Of a DNA stretch of 64,000 bases, positions 61,032 through 64,000 are shown in pieces; the stretch's first letter is position 1; each line of letters starts with the position of its first letter. A program made the position numbers and the translations under genes. The stretch comes from Podarcis tiliguerta. Its lineage: Eukaryota. Where the stretch lies: assembly GCA_965153285.1 (NCBI GenBank), contig OZ229111.1. One strand, given 5' to 3'. The notes under the pieces were generated by a model that saw nothing but the letters and a program-made list of their open reading frames with translations, made no database searches and was not told the DNA's origin.

Positions 61032-61127
61032 GCAATTCTCTCACGGATTATGAAATCAATGCAGGAATACAAAACTGCCACAAAGAAGACACTCTTACAG
61101 CTTCAGAAAAGTGAGGATCAGATAAAG
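61032..61127 (+). CDS. TRIM coiled-coil exon (96 nt, AILSRIMKSMQEYK...EDQIK)
   Basis: aatcag|GCA acceptor, AAG|gtttgt donor; a 96-nt phase-0 exon is typical after the B-box exon in TRIMs. Confidence 0.88.
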
Positions 61128-61728
61128 GTTTGTGCTGTAACTTCATGATGCCATGCATCACTCTCAGGTCCCAGGTGGAAAATAATGAACGTGTCTCCAA
61201 TATGCTTCTCCATCCAGCATCCCCAATCTTTTCATTTTAACTATGCAGCACTTTTGGCCAGTGACTCTTTTCACCCAAAGGTTTATTGCCTGAACATCTA
61301 CAGTATCTATATCTATCATCTATCTATCACACATGGACACAGATTTAGTTAGTGCACGCTCTATTTACTGTCTGGACAGGCATGTGTTTCTACACCCTCT
61401 TCAGATACTTAACCTCAGAGGAAGGACTGGGTTTTTAAAAAATGGCAACTCTAGTGCAGGTGTATGTGCACTTTCAGTTTTTGTTTAAGGCATCCCTAAA
61501 ATCTACCTAACAGCCAAGTTAGGGACAAAATAAAGACAGTAGTTTACCAGGGACAAGTACCCGAAAACATGGGCTCTCCCTGGTTAAGACTGTGTGACCA
61601 CTAACAGACACTAGGGGGCTTCCAAGGCAGCACTTCATATCACAGACCCACACAGAGCTTGTCTGAGACCTGGGGTGGGAGTCTTGTTAGAATAAAGTTA
61701 AAAACTCAAACAGAAGAGCAGCTGGGCG

Positions 61729-61900
61729 CAGTGGCGGAGCTTCATGCTCTGGCATGGGGGGGCTGGTGTGTGTCCTGGGGGCGTGGCCCGCTGCCTGCGG
61801 TGGTGTGGTGCCCAGCACAGGCGGGGGCAGCCACGATGGCACCCCACCAGGATCGCGCTGCCAGGGGCGCTCCCCCCGCACTCCTCTTCCTCCGCCAATG
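61729..61900. mobile_element. GC-rich hAT MITE in TRIM intron
   Basis: TIRs CAGTGGCGGAG / CTCCGCCAATG; 8-bp TSD gctgggcg / gctgggcc. Confidence 0.8.
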
Positions 61901-62733
61901 GCTGGGCCAGCTTAGCTCTCCAAGGCCCAGGACAAGGGCTACCCCCTGCCTCTGCACAGCCCTGCATATCAGGCAACCTTTTCTGCCACAACAGAAGACT
62001 GGCGAGATGTGAGCCTCTGGTGCTACTTTTGCTGGGAAACCAGCAGGGCATGAGAAAAAGAGCACTCAATGGTAAGGAAGCCAAAGTCAAGCCAGGGAAC
62101 AGGCAAGAAATCCCAGCCAAGGTGCAAGGATTCAGTGAAAGGGCTAGTGGGTGAACCATTACAACTGAACCAGAACTCCCAGCAGCACCAGACAGCAGAG
62201 ATAGGCTAGCTGAGGCTGATGGCAACAGGTTGGGGGAGGTTGTATTAGGATCTGGGAATTAAAAAGCTCTGTTGACATTCAAGCTGCAGTCCTATGCACA
62301 CTTACACGGGACTTACTCTTGAGTATATATGCATAAGTTTGCACTGCACATTACTCAGCCACAGGATAACTGAGGCAAGAATACTTTGGTGTGATCTTCT
62401 GAGGGGCTGATGCCCACAGTGCTTTTCAGAGCGACTGGCAACATACTTGGGAGGTTGCTGACAGCTATAAACTTGATAGCTTGGTGGCCTGTTTTGCGGA
62501 AGCAATATGTAATTTTTCACTATAAAAATGTTATCTGACATATATAGTCACCACACCTTTTAAAATAATGGTTGTTTCCTAAGGGAGTTTTATGAACAGG
62601 GGAGGGACTGTGACCACAGAGCTAACAATCCTTTTTAGCCTAGATAGGGAAGTATTGCTCAAGACACCCCGGGTTTATGCCCTAAGTCCAACAATTCAAC
62701 TGTAATAAAAAGTTGCCATCTTTCTTTCCTTAG

Positions 62734-62967
62734 AACAATAAGAAAACGTTGACAGATCAGCTCTCCAGAATCTTCCAAGAGATCAAGTCTCAGGTAGATC
62801 AGAAGGAGAAGCAGATCCTAGGTGACATCCAGTCCAATGAGAAAAAGCAGCTGGCTGACATGGCGGCTCTGAAGAAGCAAGTGGCAGACAAGAGGGACGT
62901 GGCTGCCCAGGGCCTTCGGGAGCTACAAGCGCTAACGGAGAAAACAGATGCTTGCCTCTTCCTCAAG
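62734..62967 (+). CDS. TRIM coiled-coil exon (234 nt, NNKKTLTDQLSRIFQEIKSQVDQKEKQIL...ACLFLK)
   Basis: ccttag|AAC acceptor, AAG|gtgagc donor; heptad-like pattern; matches the usual 231/234-nt TRIM exon. Confidence 0.9.
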
Positions 62968-63077
62968 GTGAGCAGCTTTTTCTCCCCTTCAAGTTAGCAA
63001 AGTCTCCTTTGCTGGATGCCCCCCTTTCTCTGCGTGCAATAAAAACAATGTCTTGTTTCCTTTTTGTCTTTCTGTAG

Positions 63078-63100
63078 GATTTTCAGCTAGCCCAAGAGAG
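63078..63100 (+). CDS. TRIM 23-nt linker exon (DFQLAQER); gene continues beyond the window
   Basis: tctgtag|GAT acceptor, AG|gtaagt donor; a 23-nt exon is characteristic of the 96/231-234/23 TRIM exon series. Confidence 0.85.
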
Positions 63101-64000
63101 GTAAGTTGCACATCACACATTCCCCTCCGTTTGCCTGTCCCATAGACTACACTGCTCTCCACATGTGCGTGGTTTCATATGGTGGTCCACTGAATGGACT
63201 CATTGCCAGGTAATGAGAAGCTTGACATGATGGGAGTCTTTTCTCTTCCTCCTACATCTTCTGAAAGTATTAGCTTTCCTACCTTCAGGAATGTGCTTTG
63301 CCTCTTCAGTAGCAATAACGGGACCATTTCGGATAATTGTGCTAATGATATGTGGCATCTAGTTCCTGGATTATTGGTATAGGAACTCAAGAGTGGCTGG
63401 TGAGAGCCATGCGGTTGAGCTGGAGCAACCAGTTCAAGCCTCTTCACACTTTGAGCTTCTCATGTAGGGGAGGGGGACAATAGACTTAATTACCTATTTC
63501 CTCCCAAGGTAAGGAAAATGACATAGCTAAGCCTAGCAGGACAGCTTACTCTGTGGTATTAACCCCTTCATGCATTAATTGGACAAGCATGTTGGGTATA
63601 TGAGTCCAGTTAACCCACACCTCACGCTCAGAAGATAGAATGGGGACTGATTCAGATGGTTCCCATTCCCTTTCTGTGGTGTCTGGAAACTATGGGGCAA
63701 AAGCCTCATCCAAGTCAGTGCTTGAGCTTTCCCTACCCCCAATCTCCGCACCCTGTCATCTCTACCCCATCCTGGTTCGCATTAGAGGACCCATGACAGG
63801 GGAAACCAGCAAAAATATCCTCCCCGCTTCTTCCATTAGTGGACAACTCTGCCGAAACAGACCCCTTCCTGTACGTGCAAGGGTTGGAATTTCACACAAA
63901 AGCAACGACATACACAACCTCTTCTATCCGTACACTATCCATAGGTTAACTTAGTATTTACCCTTAGGAGTGGCGGACATTACAAACAGGGGTGGAGTTT

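Overview
Vertebrate genomic DNA, very likely a squamate and probably a lacertid lizard (full-length Sauria SINE, CR1/L2/RTE fragments, many TA-flanked Tc1/mariner-pogo and hAT MITEs). Most of the window is PPARGC1B (PGC-1beta) on the + strand. Bases 1-23485 are intron 1 (exon 1 lies upstream, outside the window). Coding exons 2-12 (23486-47864) all have GT-AG borders and compatible phases and sum to 2988 nt (995 aa plus stop). A ~7.3 kb 3' UTR probably ends near 55200. Downstream on the same strand is the 5' part of a TRIM-family gene: B-box1, B-box2 and coiled-coil exons of 96, 234 and 23 nt, running off the window. The most striking observation is a 'fossil' RING in this TRIM. Six positions spaced like RING zinc ligands are each one nucleotide from Cys/His, and the second half of the domain is in a shifted frame, yet an open frame still runs from an ATG into fully intact B-boxes. 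A candidate IRF/CRE promoter lies upstream. Second is a candidate internal promoter and ATG|GTAAGC mini first exon in PPARGC1B intron 3, which would give an activation-domain-less PGC-1beta. There are also cryptic splice sites that would give RRM-less isoforms. Most entries in the six-frame ORF track are spurious.
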